This document shows positions 18,856-28,063 of a DNA stretch of 34,500 nucleotides, one piece after another (the stretch's first letter is position 1; every line of letters begins with the position of its first letter). Below the pieces are notes generated by a model. It did no database searches. It was not told where the DNA came from and saw nothing but the letters and a program-made list of their open reading frames with translations. Location of the stretch: positions 1-34,500 of the forward strand of contig JAJRZV010000056.1 of NCBI GenBank assembly GCA_024275095.1. The letters are read 5' to 3'. Position numbers and translations under genes: made by a program. The DNA comes from a bacterium (GTDB lineage: Bacteria; JAJRZV01).

Positions 18856-20661
18856 ATGACAGAAGCCTTAAAGTTCCCGTTTAAAAATTTACCCGAGATG
18901 TTTTTTAAACGAGTTGAGAAAGATCCTGACAGGGTTGCCTACATCTACCATGACGGCACGCAGTGGAAAAAAGCAACGTGGAAAGAAACCGGCGAAAAGG
19001 TGAAACAGGCTGCATCCGCCATAATCAATATGGGGCTTGAAAAAGGCGATAGGGTGTGTATTTTCGGTTACAACTCCTACCCATGGCTCATCGCTGACTA
19101 TGGTACGCTCTGTGCCGGAGGGGTGGTTGTCCCCATTTATCACACATTACCCGCAGACCAGGCAGGTTACATTATCAAAGACTGTGAAGCAAAGTTCGTG
19201 TTCGTTGAAAATGAGGTGGCTCTTGAAAAGGTTAAATCTGTAAAGGATGAAATCCCGTTCGTAAAAAAAGTTATTACTTTCTCAGGGCTTGACAGGGGTG
19301 ACGGCGAGTGGCTCATGACATTTGAGGAGTTTATGCAGGAGGGTATCTCTAACCCGCGAGAGGAGGAGATTCAGAGAAGAGTAGAGAGTGTTGATACAGA
19401 TGCCCTGGCGTGCTTTGTGTATACATCCGGTACAACTGGGCCGCCCAAGGGAGTAATGCAAAGTCACCGCAATCATTTAGCCATGGCTGAAATGCTCCAG
19501 AGCATCGGCACGTTTGAAGAAGATGACCTCATGTACCTGTTTCTGCCGGTTGCCCACTCTTTTGCACGCGCTGCATGGTATGGGGCTCCATTTATAGGAT
19601 TTACCATTGCCATCTCAAGAGGCATAGACAAGGTTGTGGACGACCTTCAGGAGATTAAACCCACGATAGTGCCGTCTGTCCCCAGAATTTTTGAAAAAAT
19701 ATACGATGCTGTCCATTCCAACGCCATGGCCAGCCCTGTAAAAAAGAAGATTTTCGACTGGGCTGTGAAGGTGGGTAAGGAGAGAAGTAAATACATCATT
19801 AACAAAAAGCCTGTGCCCTTGCTGTTAAAAATCAAGTATAAAATCGCGTTCGCCCTCGTATTCAAAAAGCTTCATGAACGCGTGGGTGGACGCATCAGGT
19901 TTTTTATTTCCGGGGGGGCGCCCCTTTCTGCGGAAATCGCCGAATTTTTTCATGCTGCTGATTTGCTGGTTCTGGAAGGTTATGGACTCACGGAAACAAC
20001 GCCTGCTGTTACAATCAACCGGGCAGAAGCGTATAAGTTTGGAACGGTGGGGCTTCCACTACCGGGGGTGGAATTGAAGATCGCTGATGATGGAGAAATC
20101 CTGGCAAAAGGTCCCAATATCGCCCTTGGTTACTACAAGAAAGAAGCAGAAACAAAAGAAGCTTTTGAAGAATCTGGTTGGTTCCATACGGGCGATATCG
20201 GCGAGTTCGATGAAGACGGCTTCCTCAGGATAACCGACAGAAAGAAAGACCTTATCGTCACTGCCGGTGGTAAAAACATCGCTCCCCAGATCATTGAAAA
20301 CATGGTGAAAGCCGAAACCCCCCTTATCAGTCAGGTGGTAATGATAGGAGACAAAAAGCCTTACTGCGTGGCACTCGTGTCACTGAATGAAGAAGAACTG
20401 AAGAAATGGGCGGACAATCAAGGCAAGGGGGATAAATCCCTCGAAGAACTTGCAAGAGATAGCGAGGTCGAAAATATTGTACGCCAGGCCATAGAGCGGG
20501 TGAACGCACGTCTCGCATCTTTTGAAACCATAAAAAAGTTCCGTATTGTGCCCAGGGATTTCACAATCGAGAACGGTGAGTTGACCCCCACTTTGAAAGT
20601 GAAACGAAAGGTTGTCATGCAAAAATACAAAGACCTCATAGAACAGATGTACGCGGAATAG
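18856..20661 (+). CDS. Long-chain fatty acid--CoA ligase (AMP-dependent synthetase)
   Basis: YTSGTTGPPKG, EGYGLTET, WFHTGDIG, ITDRKKD, GELTPTLKVKR; SD AAGGAGG. Confidence 0.95.
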   Translation: MTEALKFPFKNLPEMFFKRVEKDPDRVAYIYHDGTQWKKATWKETGEKVKQAASAIINMGLEKGDRVCIFGYNSYPWLIADYGTLCAGGVVVPIYHTLPADQAGYIIKDCEAKFVFVENEVALEKVKSVKDEIPFVKKVITFSGLDRGDGEWLMTFEEFMQEGISNPREEEIQRRVESVDTDALACFVYTSGTTGPPKGVMQSHRNHLAMAEMLQSIGTFEEDDLMYLFLPVAHSFARAAWYGAPFIGFTIAISRGIDKVVDDLQEIKPTIVPSVPRIFEKIYDAVHSNAMASPVKKKIFDWAVKVGKERSKYIINKKPVPLLLKIKYKIAFALVFKKLHERVGGRIRFFISGGAPLSAEIAEFFHAADLLVLEGYGLTETTPAVTINRAEAYKFGTVGLPLPGVELKIADDGEILAKGPNIALGYYKKEAETKEAFEESGWFHTGDIGEFDEDGFLRITDRKKDLIVTAGGKNIAPQIIENMVKAETPLISQVVMIGDKKPYCVALVSLNEEELKKWADNQGKGDKSLEELARDSEVENIVRQAIERVNARLASFETIKKFRIVPRDFTIENGELTPTLKVKRKVVMQKYKDLIEQMYAE

Positions 20662-20703
20662 AGGCGGCGTAGAGAAGCAATACTCGCTTAACAGGTAAAA
20701 CCC

Positions 20704-22488
20704 ATGAGGCGGGAACACTGGGGTACTCGGATAGGCTTGATTCTTGCGATGGCAGGAAACGCCATCGGCCTTGGCAATTTTCTGCGCTTTCCTGTTCAGG
20801 CTGCCAAGAACGGTGGCGGTGCCTTTATGATTCCCTATTTCATATCGTTTATTTTACTGGGCATTCCACTCATGTGGGTGGAATGGACCATTGGTCGTTA
20901 CGGAGGCGTAAGAGGGCATGGGTCCACACCGGGCATGTTCGATGCTATGTGGAGATCGCGGGCTGCCAAGTTTATAGGGGTTGTAGGAATTTTTACACCA
21001 TTGGTGATTGCTATTTACTATGTTTACATAGAGTCATGGACACTTGCCTACAGCATATTTTCATTTACAGGGGGATTTTACCACCTCGGCGCTATTGCAA
21101 AGGGTGCTCAGGATTTTCACAAGATGCTTCTTCCTTTTCAGAGCTTTTTTAATGAATTTACCGGCATGGCGCAATCCGGTTACGTGATAAAGCCTGCTGT
21201 ATACGCCTATCTTGTTTTCGTGTTTACCCTGGCAGTGAACATATGGGTTATTTATCGTGGCATTTCCGCGGGAATTGAACGACTTGCGAAACTGGCGATG
21301 CCATTGCTCTTTATCATGGCGGTAATTCTTATGATTCGCGTTCTTACTCTTGGCCAGCAGGTACCTGGAGGACCGACTCCCATTGAAGGCCTCGCATTTC
21401 TGTGGGAGCCGGACTTCAGCCAGCTGACCAATGCCAGTATATGGCTTGCTGCTGCAGGTCAAATCTTTTTTACGCTTTCACTGGGCACAGCCGCCATTCA
21501 CGCATACGCGAGTTACCTTTCGGAGAAGGATGATATCGTCCTTTCTGGACTTACCACTTCTACCATTAACGAATTTGCAGAAATTGTTCTGGGAGCTTCC
21601 ATTGCCATTCCTGCAGCTGTCGTCTTTTTTGGTGTTACAGGTGCGACCGAAATAGCAGAAAGCGGAGCCTTTACGCTCGGCTTCATTACCATGCCATCCA
21701 TATTCAGCACCATGAAAGCCGGGGCTTTCTTTGGAGGCTTGTGGTTTGGTTTGCTGTTTTTTGCTGGCATTACCTCCTCGGTGGCGCTTTCACAACCTGC
21801 CATGGCATTTCTGGAAGACGAGTTTGGACTGGACAGGAAAAAGTCCGCGTATATTCTTGGATTGTTTATCTTCGTCACGGCTCACATACCTATATTTCTC
21901 AGCGGCGCGCTGGACGAGATGGACTTCTGGGCAGGCACCTTTGGACTTGTGTTTTTCGCGACCCTCGAGATACTCGTGTTCATTCTTGCATTTGGTATTG
22001 ATCGAGGATGGGAGGAGATGCATAAAGGTGCACAAATTCAGGTCCCAAAATTTTTCAAAATTGTTATCAAGTACATTACGCCAACTTTTCTCCTTGTTAT
22101 TCTTGCAGTGTGGATTACACAGGACATCGGAAGAATATTTTCCGGGGTATCTTTAACCATTACGTACACCCGGGTTTTCCTGCTGTTTCTTTTTCTGGGC
22201 CTTCTTTACGCAGTGAAGGTTATCTGGAGCTGGAAGGAGTGGGGCAGAGAACTCGATGCTTCCAGGCGCATGTCGTTTTTTGCAAAAGAAACAGGGGAAT
22301 TTTTTTCCTGGGTTGTGATGGTCGTGTCCGTTGCTGGTGTGCTTGCCGGCGTGGCCAAGCTGGCAGGCTCTTCCACAACAGACGGGTGGAACATAATCTT
22401 TCTCTCGATAACTATATTTGTTCTTGGTATTATTGCTCTTGTGGGAAGCCGATTGCTTGAAGAAAGAATCAGGAGGAGGGGATCTTGA
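20704..22488 (+). CDS. Sodium:neurotransmitter symporter family amino-acid transporter, close LeuT homolog with C-terminal extension
   Basis: REHW.TR.GLILAMAGNAIGLGNFLRFPVQAA.NGGGAFMIPY, YYVYIESW, QIFFTLS, FAGITSS, LDEMDFWAGT closely resemble Aquifex LeuT as I recall it. Confidence 0.95.
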   Translation: MRREHWGTRIGLILAMAGNAIGLGNFLRFPVQAAKNGGGAFMIPYFISFILLGIPLMWVEWTIGRYGGVRGHGSTPGMFDAMWRSRAAKFIGVVGIFTPLVIAIYYVYIESWTLAYSIFSFTGGFYHLGAIAKGAQDFHKMLLPFQSFFNEFTGMAQSGYVIKPAVYAYLVFVFTLAVNIWVIYRGISAGIERLAKLAMPLLFIMAVILMIRVLTLGQQVPGGPTPIEGLAFLWEPDFSQLTNASIWLAAAGQIFFTLSLGTAAIHAYASYLSEKDDIVLSGLTTSTINEFAEIVLGASIAIPAAVVFFGVTGATEIAESGAFTLGFITMPSIFSTMKAGAFFGGLWFGLLFFAGITSSVALSQPAMAFLEDEFGLDRKKSAYILGLFIFVTAHIPIFLSGALDEMDFWAGTFGLVFFATLEILVFILAFGIDRGWEEMHKGAQIQVPKFFKIVIKYITPTFLLVILAVWITQDIGRIFSGVSLTITYTRVFLLFLFLGLLYAVKVIWSWKEWGRELDASRRMSFFAKETGEFFSWVVMVVSVAGVLAGVAKLAGSSTTDGWNIIFLSITIFVLGIIALVGSRLLEERIRRRGS

Positions 22489-22613
22489 GCATAGCAGGGT
22501 GGGTGTTCATGCTTACTGCATGGACTCTCGTGACTGTACTGCTTGCAGTGTGTTTTTATTTTGTTTTGAAAACCAATTCCAGGGGAGAGAATACTCATGG
22601 CCAGACTGAATAA
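22485..22613 (+). CDS. Small single-TM protein, probable MetS-like NSS transporter small subunit (42 aa, not in ORF track)
   Basis: TTG overlapping the transporter stop (TTGA) with AGGAGG upstream; MSIAGWVFMLTAWTLVTVLLAVCFYFVLKTNSRGENTHGQTE. Confidence 0.75.
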   Translation: MSIAGWVFMLTAWTLVTVLLAVCFYFVLKTNSRGENTHGQTE

Positions 22614-23295
22614 AGGTTCCAAAAGTGTGGCAAAGCAGGTGGACCCGTTTTTCGCTTTTATGGGTCGAATCGGAACATTCATCAGAGTACACTGGATACC
22701 CCTGATCGTCGCTGTAGGGGTGGTGGTTCTACTTGCAGGCGTTGCTTATACTGTGGATTATCTTCACGCGAAAAGGGAATCCAGCGCGTGGATTACGTAC
22801 TTCAACATTATTGTAAGCAAGCAGAAAGGTGGAAACGAGAGCAGGAGTCTGGAAGAGGTGGTTGCCTCTCACCCCAATACCATCGCTTCCAAGCTGGCAG
22901 CCATGGAGGTGGCAGCACGGCTGTATCAGGAAGGAAGGTATTCCGAGGCAATGGAATTCATTAAGGATATTGAAAAAGAAGACGAACAGCCGTTTTTTAA
23001 ATACACCTACATGCTGCTAAAGGCCAAGATACTGGATAAGCTGGGTAAAACCAAGGATGCTCTTGGAATATACGAGGATATAATGGTGTCAGAAGATGCC
23101 CTGTTCCTTGGAATGGAACCTTACGTCCAGTCGGCAATTCTCTACTTTAAAACAGGAAATACCCAGGCGGCACTGAGAATTATCAACCAGGGAATGATGA
23201 AATTTCAAAAGGGTTATGAAACGATGGCTGTATTGTTGAACAGTTTTTACAGGCTTTTTGCTCTCAACCTTGTATCACCTTCAGAATTATTTTGA
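22597..23295 (+). CDS. YfgM-like membrane-anchored TPR protein
   Basis: N-terminal TM then TPR-like helices (HPNTIAS...YQEGRYSEA); located before a beta-propeller gene. Confidence 0.7.
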   Translation: MARLNKGSKSVAKQVDPFFAFMGRIGTFIRVHWIPLIVAVGVVVLLAGVAYTVDYLHAKRESSAWITYFNIIVSKQKGGNESRSLEEVVASHPNTIASKLAAMEVAARLYQEGRYSEAMEFIKDIEKEDEQPFFKYTYMLLKAKILDKLGKTKDALGIYEDIMVSEDALFLGMEPYVQSAILYFKTGNTQAALRIINQGMMKFQKGYETMAVLLNSFYRLFALNLVSPSELF

Positions 23296-23312
23296 TAGTT
23301 TAGAACAACGGG

Positions 23313-24740
23313 ATGAAACAGCGTTTCTTTCTTTTTCTGAGTGCTGTGGTTGTTTCTGCAGTTGTTCCTCTCGCTTCCGCGATTGAAGAGAGCAGTGCGG
23401 AAGCGTGGAAAGGTCCGAATCCACAGGCCGAAGCGCTTCTGGTAATCAAAAAACGGATGACACCACATCACCGGGCTTCACTGTTTACGGCCCTGAAGGG
23501 TAGGGAAAACACGGCAGGCCCTGTCATCTGTGCAGGTGAGGTTGTGGCGATAACGGAAGATGGAGTTCTGTACAGCATCAACACCGGTACCCTTAAAACC
23601 CGGAGTGTAGAATTTGGACGCCAGGTTTACACAACTCCATTGTGCATAAACGGGAAAGAAGTGGTTATCGGTGACGAGGACGGCTGGCTGTATGTAGTAG
23701 ATGTGTCTTCATTTGAAGTTTCAGAAAAGCGGCGGGTGGCAACATATCCTGTAAGAAAATTGTGGAAAAAGGAGGATCGCATCTTTGTCAAGGATGCTTC
23801 TGGTAAGCTCATGATTTTGAAATTGTCGGCTGGTGGCACGAGCAAAAAAATTCTGGGCAACACCTTGTTCACGTTTGATCTCTCCTCGAAGGGATACCTT
23901 AAAGACTACGTTATTATCAGAGATGCACCAATACGCGCTTGCGGTGCTTATGCAGGTACTGTGGTGGACGGACGAGCAAAAATAGTCAATTTTCTATCAG
24001 GTACGAACATTATGCAGCAGCATAAAACCCCGCCTATCGATGATGTCATTTGCTTTGAAGATAAATCCAGCAAAGACCGTCCAGCATGGGCAGGCCTGGA
24101 TGCCGGCGGAGGTATTATTTACCAGATTAAACTTGCTTCTTCTAATAAAGATAAGAGTGAACAAGAAATTGAGATGGGTAGAGAAGTTTATCAGTTTGAA
24201 AGAAAAGAAAAAATTGTTTACCCGTTCTTTTTAAAATGCCATGAGGATGGAAATGGAAATACCGGCGCCGCTCGTACTACGGGTGTTGCTCCCGTGTTGA
24301 TCATTACCAATCAGCGGATACTTTTGTTGACCCCCGGCAAGTTGGAAGGGGAGTGGAGAAGGGAGAATTCAAAAAGTAGATTCTTACCCACAATTCGAAC
24401 TCTGGGAGTTTTTCGACGTGAATTGCCTGAGGGTACAGGCTTTTCAGGAATGAATTGTGTCGTGAGGAAAATTTCAGATAATAAAGGGGTGAACTATTAC
24501 GTTGCCGGTGTCGCGGGAAAATCCCTGTTTGTTATGGGACCTGCCGCCGCGGGAGAGAAAATCGATTACGTCGTGGAACCACTGCCGTATACAGCCCTTG
24601 CTCCTCCTCGCGTGTTTATTCCGCCTTTCGCGTCGTCTTTCTTCATGGTGGCGCTTCTTGACTCCGGGGATGAACTGACGCTTTTCGAAGTCCTTTCTGA
24701 AGATGCTCTTCACAATCTTCCACATGATGTGATGCGCTGA
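23313..24740 (+). CDS. Secreted PQQ-like beta-propeller protein (BamB-like, divergent)
   Basis: Signal peptide; blades AGPVICAGEVVAITEDGVLYSI and TTPLCINGKEVVIGDEDGWLYVVD; yfgM-bamB-like synteny. Confidence 0.55.
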   Translation: MKQRFFLFLSAVVVSAVVPLASAIEESSAEAWKGPNPQAEALLVIKKRMTPHHRASLFTALKGRENTAGPVICAGEVVAITEDGVLYSINTGTLKTRSVEFGRQVYTTPLCINGKEVVIGDEDGWLYVVDVSSFEVSEKRRVATYPVRKLWKKEDRIFVKDASGKLMILKLSAGGTSKKILGNTLFTFDLSSKGYLKDYVIIRDAPIRACGAYAGTVVDGRAKIVNFLSGTNIMQQHKTPPIDDVICFEDKSSKDRPAWAGLDAGGGIIYQIKLASSNKDKSEQEIEMGREVYQFERKEKIVYPFFLKCHEDGNGNTGAARTTGVAPVLIITNQRILLLTPGKLEGEWRRENSKSRFLPTIRTLGVFRRELPEGTGFSGMNCVVRKISDNKGVNYYVAGVAGKSLFVMGPAAAGEKIDYVVEPLPYTALAPPRVFIPPFASSFFMVALLDSGDELTLFEVLSEDALHNLPHDVMR

Positions 24741-24756
24741 GTGAAGTTCATGTAAT

Positions 24757-24780
24757 GGGGGTGCACCCCGCTTCTTTTTC
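24757..24780 (+). terminator. Possible intrinsic terminator
   Basis: GGGG-TGCA-CCCC palindrome followed by GCTTCTTTTT, 17 nt after the stop; the stem is short. Confidence 0.4.
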
Positions 24781-24794
24781 TATGCGATTGCATA

Positions 24795-24822
24795 ATTTGA
24801 CATAATGTATATTATCGGAACT
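24795..24822 (-). other. XerCD dif-like recombination site
   Basis: Minus strand AGTTCCGATAA-TATACA-TTATGTCAAAT vs E. coli GGTGCGCATAA-TGTATA-TTATGTTAAAT: XerD arm 10/11, XerC arm 7/11; intergenic, between convergent gene blocks. Confidence 0.85.
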
Positions 24823-24872
24823 TATTGATAGGAAGGAAATATAAAGATTAAAAATAATCGCCCTTATTTTAT

Positions 24873-26357
24873 TTATCCTCTTGGGTATTTACGACGTTTC
24901 CTGAGTTCTTCGACCTTATCTGAAAGATTGTATTCCTGAATTTTGTATACAATTGCCCGGTGTGAAATACCCAGCAGTTTTGAAGCCCTGAGTACATTCC
25001 CTCGGGTTTTTTCAAGTGCCTTTAAAATAAAGTACTGTTCAAGCCTTTTTTGAGCATTTTTGAGAGACAGGCCGGCCTCTTTGATTTTTTCGAGAAATCC
25101 GATATCTTCTTCAGTGATTAAGAACCTGTTGCCGCTGCCAGTATTTACGTGGACAATCCCCGGTGATGCAGATGCTCCAAGATAATGGGGTCCAAGAAGC
25201 AAGAGGTCTTTTTCTGTAAGCACATCCCCTTCACAAAGGATTACAGCACGTTCAATGAGATTTTCCAGCTCCCTCACATTTCCAGGCCACGGGTGGTTAA
25301 TGAGGCGCTCCATGGCTTTGTTCGAAATGTTTTTTACACCTTTTCCGTGGATGGCCGAATATTTTTCGAGGAAATGTTTAACAAGAACGGGAATATCTTC
25401 TTTGCGCTCCCTGAGTGGCGGAATCCTGAGATGGATCACGTTCAATCGAAAAAATAAATCCTCTCGAAAAAGCCCCTGTTTTACCTCCCTTTCCAGGTCT
25501 TTTGCTGTTGCGGAAATCACCCTGACGTTTACGTGAATGGGCGTGGTGCCCCCGACACGCATAAAAGATCCATCCTGAAGCACCCTCAGAAGTTTCACTT
25601 GCAGAGGCAGTGCCAGTTCGGCTATTTCGTCAAGAAATATCGTTCCACCATCCGCGACCTCAAAAATTCCCTTTTTTCGCACGTAAGCTCCTGTAAAAGC
25701 GCCTTTTTCATGACCAAAGAGTTCGCTTTCGACCAGCTCGGAAGGTATGGCTCCGCAGTTTACAGCAACAAATGGTCCCTCAGCACGGTCGCTGACGCTG
25801 TGGATGAAACGCGCCATGACCTCCTTGCCTACCCCGCTTTCTCCGGTGATAAGCACCGGGGTCTTAAAGGGAGCTATTCGTTGAGCTGTTTCCACGAGAG
25901 AAGCCATACCCGGGCTTACACTTACGGGTTTCAGTTCAGGTCCTGTTTCAGCGAGTTTCCTGCGCAGGTAATTTCTTTCAAGAATTACACGCTCTTTTTC
26001 AAGTATTTTGTCGATAATAAATTCTAACTCTTCGATATCAAAAGGTTTTTGTATGTAATCATCAGCACCCCTGCGAATGGCTTCTATGGCTACTTCCCTG
26101 TCTCCGTATGCGGACGCAACTATTACCGGGGCTTTGAGACCCATGTTGTCCCGGATTTCCGAAAGGAGCTCCAGTCCCGAAATATCCGGCAACTTCACAT
26201 CCAGGATGAACAGGTCTGCCAGTTCAGCCTCTTTCTGAGCTTCCAGGAAAGCCTTGCCGGTGTAAAAGACAGAAACATCCCAGCCTCTTCTGGTGCCGAG
26301 GAGATGTTTGAGCATGTCTGCCAGGGAACGATCGTCTTCAACAACCACGATTTTCAT
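24873..26357 (-). CDS. Sigma54-dependent NtrC-family response regulator (PilR-like)
   Basis: Receiver (EDD, LDVKLP, KPF); GESGVGKE, ESELFGHEKGAFTGA, FLDEI, WPGNVREL; Fis-type HTH. Confidence 0.95.
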   Translation of the reverse strand: MKIVVVEDDRSLADMLKHLLGTRRGWDVSVFYTGKAFLEAQKEAELADLFILDVKLPDISGLELLSEIRDNMGLKAPVIVASAYGDREVAIEAIRRGADDYIQKPFDIEELEFIIDKILEKERVILERNYLRRKLAETGPELKPVSVSPGMASLVETAQRIAPFKTPVLITGESGVGKEVMARFIHSVSDRAEGPFVAVNCGAIPSELVESELFGHEKGAFTGAYVRKKGIFEVADGGTIFLDEIAELALPLQVKLLRVLQDGSFMRVGGTTPIHVNVRVISATAKDLEREVKQGLFREDLFFRLNVIHLRIPPLRERKEDIPVLVKHFLEKYSAIHGKGVKNISNKAMERLINHPWPGNVRELENLIERAVILCEGDVLTEKDLLLLGPHYLGASASPGIVHVNTGSGNRFLITEEDIGFLEKIKEAGLSLKNAQKRLEQYFILKALEKTRGNVLRASKLLGISHRAIVYKIQEYNLSDKVEELRKRRKYPRG

Positions 26358-27625
26358 GCGTCCTCCCCAATTCCCTCTTCTTTAAAGGGTTTCCCCGGCG
26401 TTCCCTCTTCGGCCATTGGAATATACAAACGAAATTCTGTACCTTTGTTTTCCAGGGACCGCACGAAGATGCGACCTCTTAAGTGTGTCATGGCCTGTTT
26501 TACCACATAAAGTCCCAGTCCAGTACCCTGCTCTCCTTCTTTCGTGGTATAGAAAGGCTGAAAAATATTTTTCATTGTGGTCCAGGGGATTCCGGCGCCA
26601 TTATCTTTTATTGTTATTAGCACGACTGGCTCACCCTCACCGATCCTCATTCTCTCGAGGTTCACCTCTGGCGAAAACCAGTTAGTGGATTCACTTCCAG
26701 GCTCTGTAAAAATCGTGTCTCTCACCTCCGCCTCAATGAGCCCACCCTCCCCCACTGCATGTATCGCATTATCGATAATGTTAAATACCACGCGGTAGAG
26801 AAGATCAGGGTCACCTTTTATTCTTGCATCACATGATACAGAAGTTTTTATCCGGCATTTTTTTACGGTCGCTCTCTCCTGAAGAACCGGATTGTCCAGG
26901 ACCTTTCCCACCACCTCAGAAGGCCTGAAAATTTCCTCTGCCCGGGGGTTGCCTGCCCTTGCCAGGTGGCGCAGGTCCTCTATCAGTCGCTCCATGCCTT
27001 TTATAATGTCATTGCACTTGGAAACAAACATGCTTACGGATTCACCATCTGCTGTGGTTTGAATGCCTTTTAAATATCCTTTCATGGCACTGAGTGGGCT
27101 GGACATTTCGTGGACAATCGACGAGGCAAGAAGTCCCACCGTGATGGCCTTTTCGTATTCTGCAAGTTCGGTTTTTATTCTGGAAACTTTTTCATTTAGT
27201 TCTGACTGTTTCTTTATGAGATCGTCAATAACCCGATCGACTGTTTTCAGGGGGTCCTTCGGCGGGAGCATGTTGACGGGGTCATTTCCCAGTTGGGGCT
27301 GATTTGCTATCAATGTGAGCACCTTGGCAGCGAGGTTTGTTAACTGTTTTTCCGTGTTGCCAGTCCACAGGCGGATAATAAGCAGCACGATGAAAGCAAA
27401 TACGGCTGCATTCAGGAGAGATGTGTACACCTGGAAAGCCAGCAGTGATTTCCACACCTCGATCGTTCTTACTCCTATTGAATAGTGCCCGTGCTGTAGC
27501 ATTTGCCTGAAGAAAAAGATCGTGATCCACTGGTGAAAATTGAGAAAAACAAAAAAAACAATGAAAAGAACAAAAAACCTGTATGCTATCTTACCTGTCT
27601 GAGGGATCAGGCGGCCATTGCTCAT
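26354..27625 (-). CDS. Membrane sensor histidine kinase (PilS/NtrB-like)
   Basis: Two TM helices; H-box VHEMSSPL, N-box NIIDNA, DNGAGI, IFQPFYTTK, GTGLGL. Confidence 0.93.
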   Translation of the reverse strand: MSNGRLIPQTGKIAYRFFVLFIVFFVFLNFHQWITIFFFRQMLQHGHYSIGVRTIEVWKSLLAFQVYTSLLNAAVFAFIVLLIIRLWTGNTEKQLTNLAAKVLTLIANQPQLGNDPVNMLPPKDPLKTVDRVIDDLIKKQSELNEKVSRIKTELAEYEKAITVGLLASSIVHEMSSPLSAMKGYLKGIQTTADGESVSMFVSKCNDIIKGMERLIEDLRHLARAGNPRAEEIFRPSEVVGKVLDNPVLQERATVKKCRIKTSVSCDARIKGDPDLLYRVVFNIIDNAIHAVGEGGLIEAEVRDTIFTEPGSESTNWFSPEVNLERMRIGEGEPVVLITIKDNGAGIPWTTMKNIFQPFYTTKEGEQGTGLGLYVVKQAMTHLRGRIFVRSLENKGTEFRLYIPMAEEGTPGKPFKEEGIGEDA

Positions 27626-27651
27626 TCATCAGCACCCTGGGCCAAACAGCA

Positions 27652-28047
27652 TCACTCGAATATTTTTTCAACAACTTCTCTTTTTATGAATTTGAGTTTT
27701 ACATCTACCTTGTTTGCAGCGTTGATAATGGCTTTTTCTTTCAGTGTACAGCGCACGAGCATGGAGATGTGGTGGTGGTTTTTGTTGTACTTGATGGAAG
27801 AATATACCTGTTTTGGGAAGAGGGATTTGAGGCGTTTTTCGAGTTTTTTGATGTCATCTTTATCAAGGTTTATGGGCGAGAGGACGGCGAATGTAACACG
27901 GTCTACAGTGGTTATTTTCATGTCGTAGTTTTTGGGGGATGTTTCAGCCCGTGTAGCAGTGCTGTTGAGCAGTATGATCCCTGTGGCAAATATCATGCAG
28001 GCAATGATTGTTGAACATAATGCCGGTGATTTTTTTGCGGGTTTCAT
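27652..28047 (-). CDS. Small basic exported hypothetical protein
   Basis: Start better at ATG 28047 (MKPAKK + hydrophobic stretch + ATRA); Lys-rich mature part; fills the gap in the operon. Confidence 0.65.
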   Translation of the reverse strand: MKPAKKSPALCSTIIACMIFATGIILLNSTATRAETSPKNYDMKITTVDRVTFAVLSPINLDKDDIKKLEKRLKSLFPKQVYSSIKYNKNHHHISMLVRCTLKEKAIINAANKVDVKLKFIKREVVEKIFE

Positions 28048-28063
28048 TATTTTGCACCCCCTT

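Noticed and set aside
23498-26752. KOPS-like GGGNAGGG octamers pointing toward dif (23498 plus strand, 26745 minus strand)
   Set aside because: Too few, a counter-oriented copy exists at 6208, and the motif may differ in this lineage; not used as evidence.
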